DNA of 64,000 bases from Blastocystis sp. Blastoise (taxonomy: Eukaryota > Protista > Bigyra: Opalinata): assembly GCA_039096225.1 (NCBI GenBank), contig JBBPEB010000021.1, positions 372,001-436,000 of the forward strand. Reading direction: 5' to 3'. Below, piece by piece: positions 9,998 to 21,165 of the stretch (the stretch's first letter is position 1; every line of letters starts with the position of its first letter). A model generated the notes under the pieces. That model searched no databases and was not told the DNA's origin. It was given only the letters and a program-made list of their open reading frames with translations. A program made the position numbers and the translations under genes.

Positions 9998-11221
9998 TTA
10001 ATTGGTAGCACCATCTCTAACAAATTTAACAAATATAAAATGAGCATATAAAGTATAAGGACCAGTAACAGTTCCACCAGTATATTCAGTTAATAATGAG
10101 ATATTAACTTCACAACCACTACGCGTATTGACATCAACAACACTTGAAATAGGGAATATATAAATAGGTTGTTCATACCACTTTTCACCATTTAAAGGAG
10201 ATTGAGGATGACTATTACATCTCCAAGTATTATAAAGCATAGCATTAGGAATAATTTGTGATGGATTCGTTGTTTTATACGTAGTAGGGAAATCCGTCTT
10301 TGGTAAGATATTTTGACCACCAATTTGGAATTGACATGATTTTAATAATTCAGTTTTAATAGGAATCATGCTCTTCTCTTGATTTGTGAAGTATAACATA
10401 CAATAATCAGGTACGAAAACAACACTTCTATTGGATAAGAATTGTTGTGGAGTTGGTGTACCTGATACTGATGCTTGTGAATAAACAGGTGTAGTGAATG
10501 CAGATATCTGACAATTATTAGGAATACATTTAATCAAAGCACGTGGATCATTACCAAAATTAATATCATAAATTTGTTGAAGATGAATATAAACACGATC
10601 AAATTTCAATGCAGTGATTACAGTGGTACCGGTAAATAGATTCTTTAAATAATTTGTAACGAATTGCATCTTCAAAGATTTTACTTTAATAGCACAATCA
10701 AATGTACCAAGACCAGTAATAAGAGATAAAGGAATAATAACTTGAGCTTTTTCTTTCATTTCCATTCCAGCAATACTACTCAACGTGTTATTATATAAGC
10801 ATTCTGTCATACTATACATAGATTTATCAATTTCATCTTTACTTAATTCTTTAATAGTAACAAATTTTCTTGCTTTACTGGATTCAATAGAAGATTCAGA
10901 ATAATTAATAAGAATATCTTGACCCGTAGGAGATACAAACGTAAGATCTGTAGTAATCTTATCAATAATACTATAGATATTAGAATGTTGTACAACTGAA
11001 GATGTTGAATTTTTGTCTCTAGTACCAGTAATATTGAAATTCAGTTCTAAGAATGAATTACTGAAATCAATATAAGGGCTATCCACTGAATTATATAAGA
11101 ATTCAAATGGATAAGGTTGATTTAATAAATCTTGACTTGTAGAAACTAGAATAGGAATTTGTACAGGTTTAATAGTTTGATTTGCCTTTGAAGGTAAGAA
11201 TTGTCTTGGGAATCCTTCCAT
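9998..11221 (-). CDS. Putative double jelly-roll major capsid protein 1 (407 aa)
   Basis: Beta-rich sequence of MCP size, N-terminal YIDFSNSFLELNFNI, IIPL motif, position in the morphogenetic cluster. Confidence 0.65.
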   Translation of the reverse strand: MEGFPRQFLPSKANQTIKPVQIPILVSTSQDLLNQPYPFEFLYNSVDSPYIDFSNSFLELNFNITGTRDKNSTSSVVQHSNIYSIIDKITTDLTFVSPTGQDILINYSESSIESSKARKFVTIKELSKDEIDKSMYSMTECLYNNTLSSIAGMEMKEKAQVIIPLSLITGLGTFDCAIKVKSLKMQFVTNYLKNLFTGTTVITALKFDRVYIHLQQIYDINFGNDPRALIKCIPNNCQISAFTTPVYSQASVSGTPTPQQFLSNRSVVFVPDYCMLYFTNQEKSMIPIKTELLKSCQFQIGGQNILPKTDFPTTYKTTNPSQIIPNAMLYNTWRCNSHPQSPLNGEKWYEQPIYIFPISSVVDVNTRSGCEVNISLLTEYTGGTVTGPYTLYAHFIFVKFVRDGATN

Positions 11222-11396
11222 ATTAATAATTATGGTTTATATATTTTTTTAACAAAATAAAAATAAAAAAATAATAATATTTTATAATTATTAATTAATT
11301 TTATTTTTTATAACAAAACAAATGATTGTATTATAGAATAGAATAGAATTAATTAAACAAGTTAACGTTAAGAATAGTAAGTAAGAAATATTAAAT

Positions 11397-12890
11397 TTAA
11401 ATATCACGCACACTACGTACAGCAATCATATGTAAGGTATAAGGAGAACTATCACTTAGATCAGTAGTAGTATGTTTATAAATACCAGCATGAGAAGCTA
11501 CCTTATAAGAGGCAGTATCAGCTTCCCAATGATATTTTGTCTTTTTATCTGTTGGATCAACGTAACTTTTCCATTGACACGTTTGTCCATCAGGAACAGT
11601 GGATGAATCAATATGTTCATATTTAACATCATGAACATCAACATTACAATCGAAATTCAATTCAATACCACTATCTGATTGGATATTCATTAATGATTTT
11701 GTTGGAATAATATAAATAGGATGTTTAATCCATTCATCATATTTAAGAATAGTTTCAGGATTTGAATTATCAGCCCATAAACAATATAAATTCTTATTAG
11801 GACAAGATAAACTAGTAGTTTCTGCATTATTGAAGACATGACCTTTAGTAGTAAGATTATGATAATACATTTGAGTAGGGAATTCAGTTTGAGGGAACAT
11901 TTGAACATCACCAATCAAACAACTTTGATATGTTGGCCATACATTTGGACTAGCTATATTACTAATAGTTGTTGAACTATACCCATTTGTAAACCAAAAT
12001 AATATATATTCAGGTATAAATGGTAAAGCTCTATTGATATTGAAATGATTAGTAGTTAATCTTGTATTTTGATAATCAACTTGAATACATGTAGGTATAG
12101 TTTTATATAATTCATTCGATTGGAACTGAATATCTTTATAAGTCATTAAATTCATAGTAGCTGATTCAATCTTGAATGTACTAAACCATTTTTCATCATC
12201 TAAATGTAACCATTCGGTAGTTTTGGTAGCAGTACCATTCTTGAAATAAATACTCATTTTATTATCAATTAATGATTCAATAGTACTAGTTCTAAATAAC
12301 ATATTGAAATGTTTAGTTAATATTAAAGAATCTCCATCAACACCTAAACCACTAATAAGATATAAAGGAATAGCAATATGAATAGATTCATTTGGATGTG
12401 CACGTATATAACGAATAGAATTCAATTCATAAGTATCTGCAGATAAATCTTCACCATACATAGATTTTTCTAAATCATTCTTACTGATATCTTTTAATAA
12501 AATCATTTTACGACCACGAGAAGCATGTGTACAATTTTCTTCATATTTTAAAGCACGATCAGATCCATCAGGTAATGTATAAACCATTTCAACATCAGTA
12601 GTATCAATAATAGAATAAATATTAGCTTTCTGAACTAATTGATCCAAGAAATATTGACATAATTGATCATAGGTGAAACTAGCAGAAGTACCTGTTTCAT
12701 CTAAATAAACAGAAACTGGTCCAGCTTTATCTGTTACAGTTGCCTTGACAGTAAGATCCAAATAGGATTGATTGAAATTGATATAAGTATTATCCACATT
12801 AGTCCAATGATATTGAAAGATATAAGGACTAGATAGAATATCAGTATTGCTTTGAATAGGAATATTATCTTTAATTCTTAAGATTCTCAT
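11397..12890 (-). CDS. Putative major capsid protein paralog 2 (497 aa)
   Basis: Collinear similarity to 9998-11221 (NIYSIID, KSMY, IPLxLIxGLG, FxPxYxxxxFTN, PxTxFPT, PIYIxP, PYTL) with insertions. Confidence 0.65.
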   Translation of the reverse strand: MRILRIKDNIPIQSNTDILSSPYIFQYHWTNVDNTYINFNQSYLDLTVKATVTDKAGPVSVYLDETGTSASFTYDQLCQYFLDQLVQKANIYSIIDTTDVEMVYTLPDGSDRALKYEENCTHASRGRKMILLKDISKNDLEKSMYGEDLSADTYELNSIRYIRAHPNESIHIAIPLYLISGLGVDGDSLILTKHFNMLFRTSTIESLIDNKMSIYFKNGTATKTTEWLHLDDEKWFSTFKIESATMNLMTYKDIQFQSNELYKTIPTCIQVDYQNTRLTTNHFNINRALPFIPEYILFWFTNGYSSTTISNIASPNVWPTYQSCLIGDVQMFPQTEFPTQMYYHNLTTKGHVFNNAETTSLSCPNKNLYCLWADNSNPETILKYDEWIKHPIYIIPTKSLMNIQSDSGIELNFDCNVDVHDVKYEHIDSSTVPDGQTCQWKSYVDPTDKKTKYHWEADTASYKVASHAGIYKHTTTDLSDSSPYTLHMIAVRSVRDI

Positions 12891-12977
12891 TTTTTATTAA
12901 GAAAATATTAATAAATAAATAAAATTAAATAATTTTTATAAATTAATATAAATTATAATTTAATAAAATTAGAAAAT

Positions 12978-15416
12978 ATGGAACTTGATGATGATAATTA
13001 TGAAGAACAGACTTCATTAGAAGAGAAGGATACTCGTATTAAAACACATATAGTCCCTATTGATGTTCGATGTATTGATAATCAATTCAATATACATTTA
13101 TCGAATTCTATTGATATCACTAAAAATATCATTTCTTATATTGATCTTAATTTAATTGGTAGTGAAAGTGTGCCTCTATTTGATACTTTCACAAAAACAC
13201 AAATATTCAAATATATAAATACTCAAGTCAATGGTAATAATTATATATATACAATCACTTTAGATCAGAAAAATTATTCAATTCCACAATTATTAGAACT
13301 ATGTCATTTTGATGTATGTGATAGACCAGTAATAAAAGATTCTCCAGATATTGATCCTTCTGTTAAAATTAATGAAGCCCCTACAATAACCATTGATAGA
13401 GATGATTGGTATTGTGAAATTACAATTTATAATAAAAGACGTGGTTTTTACTTTCCAAAAGGTACTTATACGGATATAGAGTTTTGGTGGATAGCTGTAT
13501 GTTGTGTATCAGCTAAATGGGGTGATAAATTTAATCGTTTAATGATGAGATATGATGATGATACTATAACCATATATCGACCTCAATTAAATTCTTATAA
13601 TGTTCCTGTTACATCAACAGGAATCTATGAATTGAATGAATTCTTTACTGATGGTGTGAGTGATCATTCAAGTTATATTGTTCCAACACAAGGTTCTAAT
13701 GGAATTATGAAATGTGTATTAGCTGATGAACATAAATTTTATTTCCAATGGTCAAGTAACAATGTACTCAATTTAGAAAATCAATTATTCACTGGCTTGT
13801 TTAAAGATTCAGAAACATTGACATATACTTCACTTCAAGAGAAAATTACATTAAATAGAATTAAAAGAACAGTCTTTGTGGAAGATGGATATAATACAAT
13901 GATTGTTCGACAATTAAGTGGACCAGGTGGTCGAATTGAAACTACATACACAATGCCTCCAGGAGAATATACTGAACAAGAATTCTATGATTTATTAGAA
14001 AGTTCAATCAATGGATCTCCTGAAACATATTACTTCGAAATATCAAAAGATGCTCAAACGATGGACAATAAAGATGGATATATAATATATTTATCATGGC
14101 AAGGTTATGATTCATACACATTTACATTTACAGCTACAGATATAGAACATTCATTATTTAAATATCGTGGTGCTCTACATAATATACGTCCTGATCTTGT
14201 TTATGATGAACAAGGATGTTTTGCATGGCATATATCTTATGGGAAACAATTATTACCAGACATTATACCAGATTTGAATACACTTGATTTAGATGGTAAT
14301 TATAAGTGTTATACCGATAGTCATTATTTGGATTTCTCTCAAGCACAAGAATTAGGTGAAATCTTAGGTTATAGTAAATTATACTATAATGATGCAAATA
14401 GTTATTATGGTATTCATAATATTGATAGTAGTCGTCCAAAGGGAATGTTAATAGCTCAATCGAATATAGTAGATAATAGTCAGAATTCTTTATATTCATT
14501 TAATGTGAATAATTATAAAGGCAATAATGAATTTCATGATATTATGAATATTAATGTGTCTCCTTATTTAAATACTATACAAGATATTATTATACGATAT
14601 ACTGATAAGAATAAACAATATGTGAATTTCAATGATAATTGTATTTTAAGAGGATTCTTAGAATTCTCAGATACAGTAGATACGATTCAACCAAGTGAAA
14701 CTATTAAGAAATTATGTTTGAATTGTCAAACAGCAGACACACAATTCTATGCTGAATATCCTACATTGAATATCCAGAATAAGATCTTAAAAGATATTAT
14801 TATTCAGAATGATACTGATACGATCCAAACAAATGCATCTAAATTATGTACTGGATATATAAATGGATCTTATTATCCTACATTTAGTTTTCCTTTATCG
14901 GATAAATATGTTACATATAGTAATATAAATTCTCCAATTACAATTGATCATCATATAGATTTAAGATTTGATGAATTATTCAAAGGAAATATCATTTGTA
15001 ATATATGTGAACCTAATGGTAGTGATATACGTTTCAAAGCTTATGATGAAATATATTGTGATTTTAGTACAAGTAAGAATCTAATTTATGAATTGAAGAA
15101 AACCAATGTATATGGATATCAATATTTAACAAATATACAAATTATATCAGTGTATGGTCAATCCACTGATTACTTATATCCTATTTCATTAAGATGTTTT
15201 ACTAATGAATATGAGAATAATATTCATGTTATTGATACTACAAATCTACCTTATTACTATTCGAATGGTATTAAATATGAAGGTATATCGAATAAGATTA
15301 ATAAGAATGTTTATTATTGTAATCGTAAATTATTAAAGTTATTACCTCATGATAATATGTTCTTTATAACATGTGATTATCCTTGTGTTGTTTTATTAAC
15401 TATCTCTTATATATAA
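12978..15416 (+). CDS. Large penton-like/vertex protein with repeated inserted domains (812 aa)
   Basis: Motifs DQKNYSIPQL, PKGTYTDIEF and PPGEYTEQEF echo PAGNYSLEEF of the small penton. IIIRYTDKNKQYVNFN parallels IQWEVYDQLNNPIDL. Confidence 0.5.
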   Translation: MELDDDNYEEQTSLEEKDTRIKTHIVPIDVRCIDNQFNIHLSNSIDITKNIISYIDLNLIGSESVPLFDTFTKTQIFKYINTQVNGNNYIYTITLDQKNYSIPQLLELCHFDVCDRPVIKDSPDIDPSVKINEAPTITIDRDDWYCEITIYNKRRGFYFPKGTYTDIEFWWIAVCCVSAKWGDKFNRLMMRYDDDTITIYRPQLNSYNVPVTSTGIYELNEFFTDGVSDHSSYIVPTQGSNGIMKCVLADEHKFYFQWSSNNVLNLENQLFTGLFKDSETLTYTSLQEKITLNRIKRTVFVEDGYNTMIVRQLSGPGGRIETTYTMPPGEYTEQEFYDLLESSINGSPETYYFEISKDAQTMDNKDGYIIYLSWQGYDSYTFTFTATDIEHSLFKYRGALHNIRPDLVYDEQGCFAWHISYGKQLLPDIIPDLNTLDLDGNYKCYTDSHYLDFSQAQELGEILGYSKLYYNDANSYYGIHNIDSSRPKGMLIAQSNIVDNSQNSLYSFNVNNYKGNNEFHDIMNINVSPYLNTIQDIIIRYTDKNKQYVNFNDNCILRGFLEFSDTVDTIQPSETIKKLCLNCQTADTQFYAEYPTLNIQNKILKDIIIQNDTDTIQTNASKLCTGYINGSYYPTFSFPLSDKYVTYSNINSPITIDHHIDLRFDELFKGNIICNICEPNGSDIRFKAYDEIYCDFSTSKNLIYELKKTNVYGYQYLTNIQIISVYGQSTDYLYPISLRCFTNEYENNIHVIDTTNLPYYYSNGIKYEGISNKINKNVYYCNRKLLKLLPHDNMFFITCDYPCVVLLTISYI

Positions 15417-15485
15417 ATATTTTAAGTCATTTCATTTAAATTAAAAAATGTTTTGTTATATTATTCATTTAAAAATTATTAAAAA

Positions 15486-15908
15486 ATGGAGCCTAAATCT
15501 GTATCTGAATCCTTACATTCTTTATCAAGTACAAGTTCAACAAGTTCAGATAGTTCAACAACAACCACATTATCCGAAGAAGAAATAGAAAAGAAAAATA
15601 CTTTATTAGAATTTATTATAAAAGCTATAAAATGTTTATTTGAGAAATCAACTGAATTCTTTCAATTAATTGTTAAAAATATAGATATTCATTGTAATTG
15701 TTGTAATCCACAAACAAAGAAAGTCTATTATAAGACAATGAAAATACAACAAACGATTATAGAAGAAGAAGTCAAACATATATCTGAAGTCTTGAATGAA
15801 TTAGAAGAAATTGATTCTAATCAAAATGAATCAATACAAGAATTAGCTGTTCAATTAATGAAATTAAATATAAGTGTTGATTCTATTGTTCAATCTCTTC
15901 ATTTATAA
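15486..15908 (+). CDS. PLV hypothetical protein (140 aa)
   Basis: ATG ORF with Ser/Thr-rich N-terminus, CNCC cluster and C-terminal heptads; followed by TGTTTTGTT. Confidence 0.65.
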   Translation: MEPKSVSESLHSLSSTSSTSSDSSTTTTLSEEEIEKKNTLLEFIIKAIKCLFEKSTEFFQLIVKNIDIHCNCCNPQTKKVYYKTMKIQQTIIEEEVKHISEVLNELEEIDSNQNESIQELAVQLMKLNISVDSIVQSLHL

Positions 15909-15975
15909 TTCTATGAAATGTTATAAAATATTAATAATAAATTTGTTTTGTTTATAAATAATTTAATTTTTAATA

Positions 15976-17772
15976 ATGCAATCAACAGGTTATTCAGATA
16001 AAGATTGTGAAGAATTCTTTACAAATTGTATAGATCAATTATTACATTGGAAGAAAATACAATTATCAACAAGTATAAATTGGAAGAAATGGATCAAGAC
16101 AATATGTAAGAAATTTCGTAATGAAGAACGAATTCAAATAGATGATATGGAAGAACCATTCTTTTGTGTAGAAGTGTTAACAGATCCATTTCAATTTCAA
16201 AATGTTATGCAACATACACAAACAGAAGCTCCTGGACAACAAGGTGGATTATCCAATACTACAGTAGCTAATTATATGCAAATGATTACTTATATAATGA
16301 AGAATATATCTATTTGTACAGATGATGAAGATATCATTAATTATAAAGCATTTACTCCACAAAATATAAAGAAATGGGAACATTTATGGGGTTCTTTACA
16401 AATTGATGCTACTTATTCAAGACATTATGAAATCACTCAGAAAATTATTAATTGTGAAGCTGATTGGGGAGAAATCATTAATATCACCAAAAAGAATTAT
16501 TTAGAGAATCCTAATGATTTATATTATGTGAATAGTTATTTATTAGTTTTAACTTATGATACATTATGTGCTCGTAATGATTATAATGATTGTGTAATCT
16601 ATACTCGTGGTCAACAAATTCCTTTATCGTTAAGAAGAACAACTAATTATATTGATTTAAATACTTTAACTATTCATGTGAATGATACAAAGAATCGATT
16701 TGAAATTGGTAAGAATGAATATCCTACTTATCAATATTTATCAGAAGAATATTTAAATGTCCTAGCTAGATCCTTACGTTTATTTCCAAGACATTATTTA
16801 TTTGTTACTGAGAATGGTGGTAAAGTACGTGATTTGAAATTTGGTGATGAATATATAAAACCACATTTAGGATGGATTTATAAAACACAACAGAATAATT
16901 CTTTAATTAATGGTTGTGATATTATAAGACATTTATTTGCTCAATATTATTATAGATTATCAAGAGAAGCACAATTCCAACATAATGATTCAGAACATGA
17001 ATCTAAAGGTGTAGAACTCTTTGAAAATTCGATTATGAAGATGTTACATAGTCAATCAACACATATGGAAAATTATATATCTCCTTATTTATCTTCTCAT
17101 TCAACTAAATTGCAAGATTTAGATAATAAAACAAGAACATTTCATATTGATATGAATAATATTACTTATACAAGAGAAATTAATCAATTGAATAAATTAT
17201 TATTTTTATGTAAACGATTTAATGATCGTATAGAACAATATGAAGAAGACTATGAAGATGTATTTGGTAAAGAGAATTTCAATATGAAATCAGAATCGAT
17301 ATTAAGTAGTCTAGAACAATATTCATCAGATAATGATACCATAATGATTACATTAAGATATTATAAAGATCTATTAAAGCATCATTATCCTGATAAAAAC
17401 GATTTAGAAAATGAATTACCTGTAGGATGTTCATTAGAATCTGAAGAAGTTCCAGATGATTCTAGAGATCGTTATAATCGTTTTATACGTAATAAACAAT
17501 TATTACCTGATCATTTACATAATAATACAACAGATTCAGAATTAACGAATACTCAAGCATCTCTTATGCAACAGAATACTCAAGATGAAAACTCTACACC
17601 TATAGTTATGAATAATTCAGATACTTATGCATTACGTAGTCTTTCTACTATGCCTCCTTTAGAACCTATTCATCGTGGTCATGGTTTATTGAAAAAACAT
17701 AAAAGTAATGCATTCTTTAAAGTCAAAGTCCCTAAAAAGCATTTTCATGGAATTCAATTTAAATTTTATTAA
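15976..17772 (+). CDS. Tyrosine recombinase 1 (598 aa)
   Basis: Ordered catalytic motifs: R in CARNDY, K in NDTKN, DIIRHLFA, H...Y in MLHSQSTHMENY. Confidence 0.75.
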   Translation: MQSTGYSDKDCEEFFTNCIDQLLHWKKIQLSTSINWKKWIKTICKKFRNEERIQIDDMEEPFFCVEVLTDPFQFQNVMQHTQTEAPGQQGGLSNTTVANYMQMITYIMKNISICTDDEDIINYKAFTPQNIKKWEHLWGSLQIDATYSRHYEITQKIINCEADWGEIINITKKNYLENPNDLYYVNSYLLVLTYDTLCARNDYNDCVIYTRGQQIPLSLRRTTNYIDLNTLTIHVNDTKNRFEIGKNEYPTYQYLSEEYLNVLARSLRLFPRHYLFVTENGGKVRDLKFGDEYIKPHLGWIYKTQQNNSLINGCDIIRHLFAQYYYRLSREAQFQHNDSEHESKGVELFENSIMKMLHSQSTHMENYISPYLSSHSTKLQDLDNKTRTFHIDMNNITYTREINQLNKLLFLCKRFNDRIEQYEEDYEDVFGKENFNMKSESILSSLEQYSSDNDTIMITLRYYKDLLKHHYPDKNDLENELPVGCSLESEEVPDDSRDRYNRFIRNKQLLPDHLHNNTTDSELTNTQASLMQQNTQDENSTPIVMNNSDTYALRSLSTMPPLEPIHRGHGLLKKHKSNAFFKVKVPKKHFHGIQFKFY

Positions 17773-17816
17773 TTTTAAAACAAAACAACTTTTTATAATA
17801 AAAAAAATATTATTAT

Positions 17817-20800
17817 TTAATTTGGTATAGCATATAAAGTATTATCTATTAAAATTCGTTTTGTTGATGACGTATTATGATATTGATCTTCACTATAAAC
17901 AATTTCTTCTTTCTTAGATAAACAATTGGATAAACAGAATAAATCTGTATCCACACAATTATTATAAGTATTATCAATCATTAAACCACAAATACCAATA
18001 GCATTCCCTCCCTTATAGAAATTTGAAGTATGTTTTCTATGAATATTCACAATATCTATAGAATTGAATGTATCTTTACTACTTAAACAACCAAATAAAG
18101 CATTTGTAAATTTATCTAAATCTTTCTTAATCGTAAATTGATTATTATTATTCACTTTCTTATAACTATTAAAAATATCTTCAATAGTAACTACATTCAA
18201 ATAATAAGGATCTATAGTAATATGGTTATCAACAAAAGATTTCAAATCATATCCTTCTGTACTACGATCAAAGAATCGTTTCTTACATTCACTTATATGA
18301 TATTCATTATCTAATTCATGCATATCTAATTGCATACTAGAATAGAAATAATTACTTACTAGATAACTAAATATAATAGAACGATTCTGATAGAATTTAT
18401 CGGATAGAGTATAATCCATTTCATAATGATTGGGTTTCAATCTCTTTTCTACTGTCTGTTGACGTTTCGGTAAATTATGATCTACATAATCTTCATATAA
18501 ATTAGCATTACCAGGAGGGAAATAACGACAACATGAAGGTAAGAAACAAACTCTTCTTTCAATAGGTCCAGCATTCACAGCAGTAGGTTGAATATTACTT
18601 GTCATAAATAAAGTACCCGTGAAATGAACTTTTGTAAATATATTACTGAATAATTTACGAGCACTAGCACCTTCTTTCTTTTCTGCTATTTCTTTAAATA
18701 CTTTAGAAGAGAATGGATTAAATGTTTTCTTTCTACCAGTAACATCTTCTTCTATTAATTCATTCATATAATACATAGTCTTATTAGACATATCTACAAT
18801 CTTAGGAGCTATAGATGTTTCTTCTAAATTATCTGGATTTACTATAATACATTGATTACTACCTACAATACGAGATATTAAATCAGTTGTTATTGTTTTA
18901 CCATTACTACCTGTACTACCATATAATATATAAGAAACTGTTTTCTGAGTATTGACATAGAAAGCAGTGGTTAAGATACGTAACATAATACTTTCATATT
19001 TCTTATCGAATTCACAATATCTTGCAATGTGTTGTTCAAATAATTGGATAATATCTTTCTGTTCATTATTTATATTCCAACTTACATTAAATTCAGTATC
19101 AATTAATAAATCTTCAAACACCATATCTTCTTTATGATATGGTTGGATATAATATTGTCTAGGATCTTCTTCTGTAGATTCTTTTGGATATAAATAACCA
19201 AGTTGTGTATAGATAACACGTTCTTTATGAACCATATACGTATCTAAATATTCTTTATAAGATTTACCATAAGTCTTCAAATAACGATTCAACCATTCTT
19301 TATAATGATATTCATTAGTAACAGAAGCAGACATTATTTTATCAACTATTTTTTGATGTTGTTCATTCTCTTTAGAATATAATCTTGATAATTTGAATTT
19401 CTCTACAATCGATTTCATAAATGTAGTTATTTTGGTTTCAAAGAAATTAATATCATAATTATTCTTACAACGTCTTAAGATATTATATTCATCAAATGTA
19501 TATAAGATAAAATTATCTTTATCTAATATAATAGAAACAATTTCATTAAATTCTAATAATTGAAATAACATAACTAATGTTTGTGAATCTACAAGATTAA
19601 AGGATTGAATACATTCTAAAATAGACATAAATATGAAATCATTATCATCATCTTTATTAAATAATTTATTATCCATTAATATCTTCAAAATATAATTATT
19701 CGATAAATGAGTAGGATCAACTTGTATATGATTCCATGTAGATTCAATTACATCATCACTTCGATCATGACCATAACGTAATGAATAATTTTTAAATAAT
19801 TCTAATCCTCTTGTTGTATTACAAATCTGTTTTGCTGCACAACATAATTTATACCAAGTATTATGAGATTCAAAATAATTCATATCTTCAATAGAACCAA
19901 TCAATAATAAATATCGTTCTAATAAAGCTTCTTTAGATGCTGTAGTATCCAATATAGTATCTGTAGAAATCAACATAGGAATATCTTTAATATCTTGTAT
20001 AGAACATAATATAGTACGTGAACAATTATTTAATCTTGCATAATAACGTTTATAACGTGAATATTGTTTTAATTTATAAAAGATAATAGGATTAATAATA
20101 TCACTTATAAGATCATCTTCATTCTTATAATTCAATAATGTTTTAAAATAATAATGTTCATCGATTTCGCCTTCTATTTTCTTCCATGTTTTATTGGTAT
20201 ATTCTTCATATAATTTATAAGTAGATGGAGAATTATCTTTACTACAACCAAGAAACATACAACCATTATTCTTTCTGGGTTTACCAATAACATTATAATC
20301 AATGAATTCTTTTATATCTAAATTATTCATTTTACATAAATCAACCAATTTGGTATTCAGAATCATACTATTATATAAGAAAAATAAATAATCACCATTT
20401 ACAAACCAATTCGTATATATATGAATTCCCCATGAATAATGTATTTCATTATGAACTGTCTTCTTATTCACTTCTTTCTTTGTATACACAAGCGAAATAA
20501 ATTCTTGATTATAATAATGAATACAATGATTACATATTTCTTCTATAAATTCATGAATAAAAGAATCTGTTAGAAAAGAAAAATCATTTGATATTTGGTG
20601 ATAATCTAAATCAAACCATAATCTTCTATAATTAGTTGATGTATTACAAGGAGTACAATCAATATAATGTAATAATTCTTTTGGATTTTGGTAATTAGTA
20701 AATAGACTTTTATAAAATGGTAATGGATTTGGTATAATAATTTCACTATGATTATCTTTTGAATTATCATGATTAAAGGAACCAAAAGTATAAACAAAAT

Positions 20801-20819
20801 GAATTTGTGAATTTTCCAT
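17817..20819 (-). CDS. Primase-helicase (AEP + PriCT-2 + D5-like SF3 helicase), 1000 aa
   Basis: AEP motifs WFDLD and GIHIY; PriCT-2-like WYKLCCAAK...GLELFKNYS; Walker A YGSTGSNGKT; Walker B YYMNE; motif C FMTSN. Confidence 0.88.
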   Translation of the reverse strand: MENSQIHFVYTFGSFNHDNSKDNHSEIIIPNPLPFYKSLFTNYQNPKELLHYIDCTPCNTSTNYRRLWFDLDYHQISNDFSFLTDSFIHEFIEEICNHCIHYYNQEFISLVYTKKEVNKKTVHNEIHYSWGIHIYTNWFVNGDYLFFLYNSMILNTKLVDLCKMNNLDIKEFIDYNVIGKPRKNNGCMFLGCSKDNSPSTYKLYEEYTNKTWKKIEGEIDEHYYFKTLLNYKNEDDLISDIINPIIFYKLKQYSRYKRYYARLNNCSRTILCSIQDIKDIPMLISTDTILDTTASKEALLERYLLLIGSIEDMNYFESHNTWYKLCCAAKQICNTTRGLELFKNYSLRYGHDRSDDVIESTWNHIQVDPTHLSNNYILKILMDNKLFNKDDDNDFIFMSILECIQSFNLVDSQTLVMLFQLLEFNEIVSIILDKDNFILYTFDEYNILRRCKNNYDINFFETKITTFMKSIVEKFKLSRLYSKENEQHQKIVDKIMSASVTNEYHYKEWLNRYLKTYGKSYKEYLDTYMVHKERVIYTQLGYLYPKESTEEDPRQYYIQPYHKEDMVFEDLLIDTEFNVSWNINNEQKDIIQLFEQHIARYCEFDKKYESIMLRILTTAFYVNTQKTVSYILYGSTGSNGKTITTDLISRIVGSNQCIIVNPDNLEETSIAPKIVDMSNKTMYYMNELIEEDVTGRKKTFNPFSSKVFKEIAEKKEGASARKLFSNIFTKVHFTGTLFMTSNIQPTAVNAGPIERRVCFLPSCCRYFPPGNANLYEDYVDHNLPKRQQTVEKRLKPNHYEMDYTLSDKFYQNRSIIFSYLVSNYFYSSMQLDMHELDNEYHISECKKRFFDRSTEGYDLKSFVDNHITIDPYYLNVVTIEDIFNSYKKVNNNNQFTIKKDLDKFTNALFGCLSSKDTFNSIDIVNIHRKHTSNFYKGGNAIGICGLMIDNTYNNCVDTDLFCLSNCLSKKEEIVYSEDQYHNTSSTKRILIDNTLYAIPN

Positions 20820-20905
20820 GATTATTTGACGTATAAATAATGAAAATAATTATAATACAACATTTAAAACAAATAATATATTAAAGATTCTAGAAGTCAG
20901 TTTTA

Positions 20906-21055
20906 GAAGCTTCTAGAACATTCTAGAACATTCAAGAACATTCTAGAACATTCTATAATAGTAAATATTACTTTATATTTTTAAATGTTCTAGAACCTTC
21001 AAGAACATTCTAGAACCTTCGAGAACCTTCTAGAACCTTCGAGAACCTTCTAGAA
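20906..21055. promoter_or_regulatory. Two long HSE-like arrays upstream of the primase-helicase
   Basis: 20906-20953 and 20988-21055 (14 units) keep TTCnnGAAnn periodicity with variable nn. Confidence 0.7.
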
Positions 21056-21165
21056 CATCCTTTTTATACTTTAGTGTTTTAAATGTATATACAATAAACA
21101 AAACAATTTTCAATGATTTTTTACAAGTTTATAAGTAAAAATAGAAAAATTAACAAGAAAATAAA

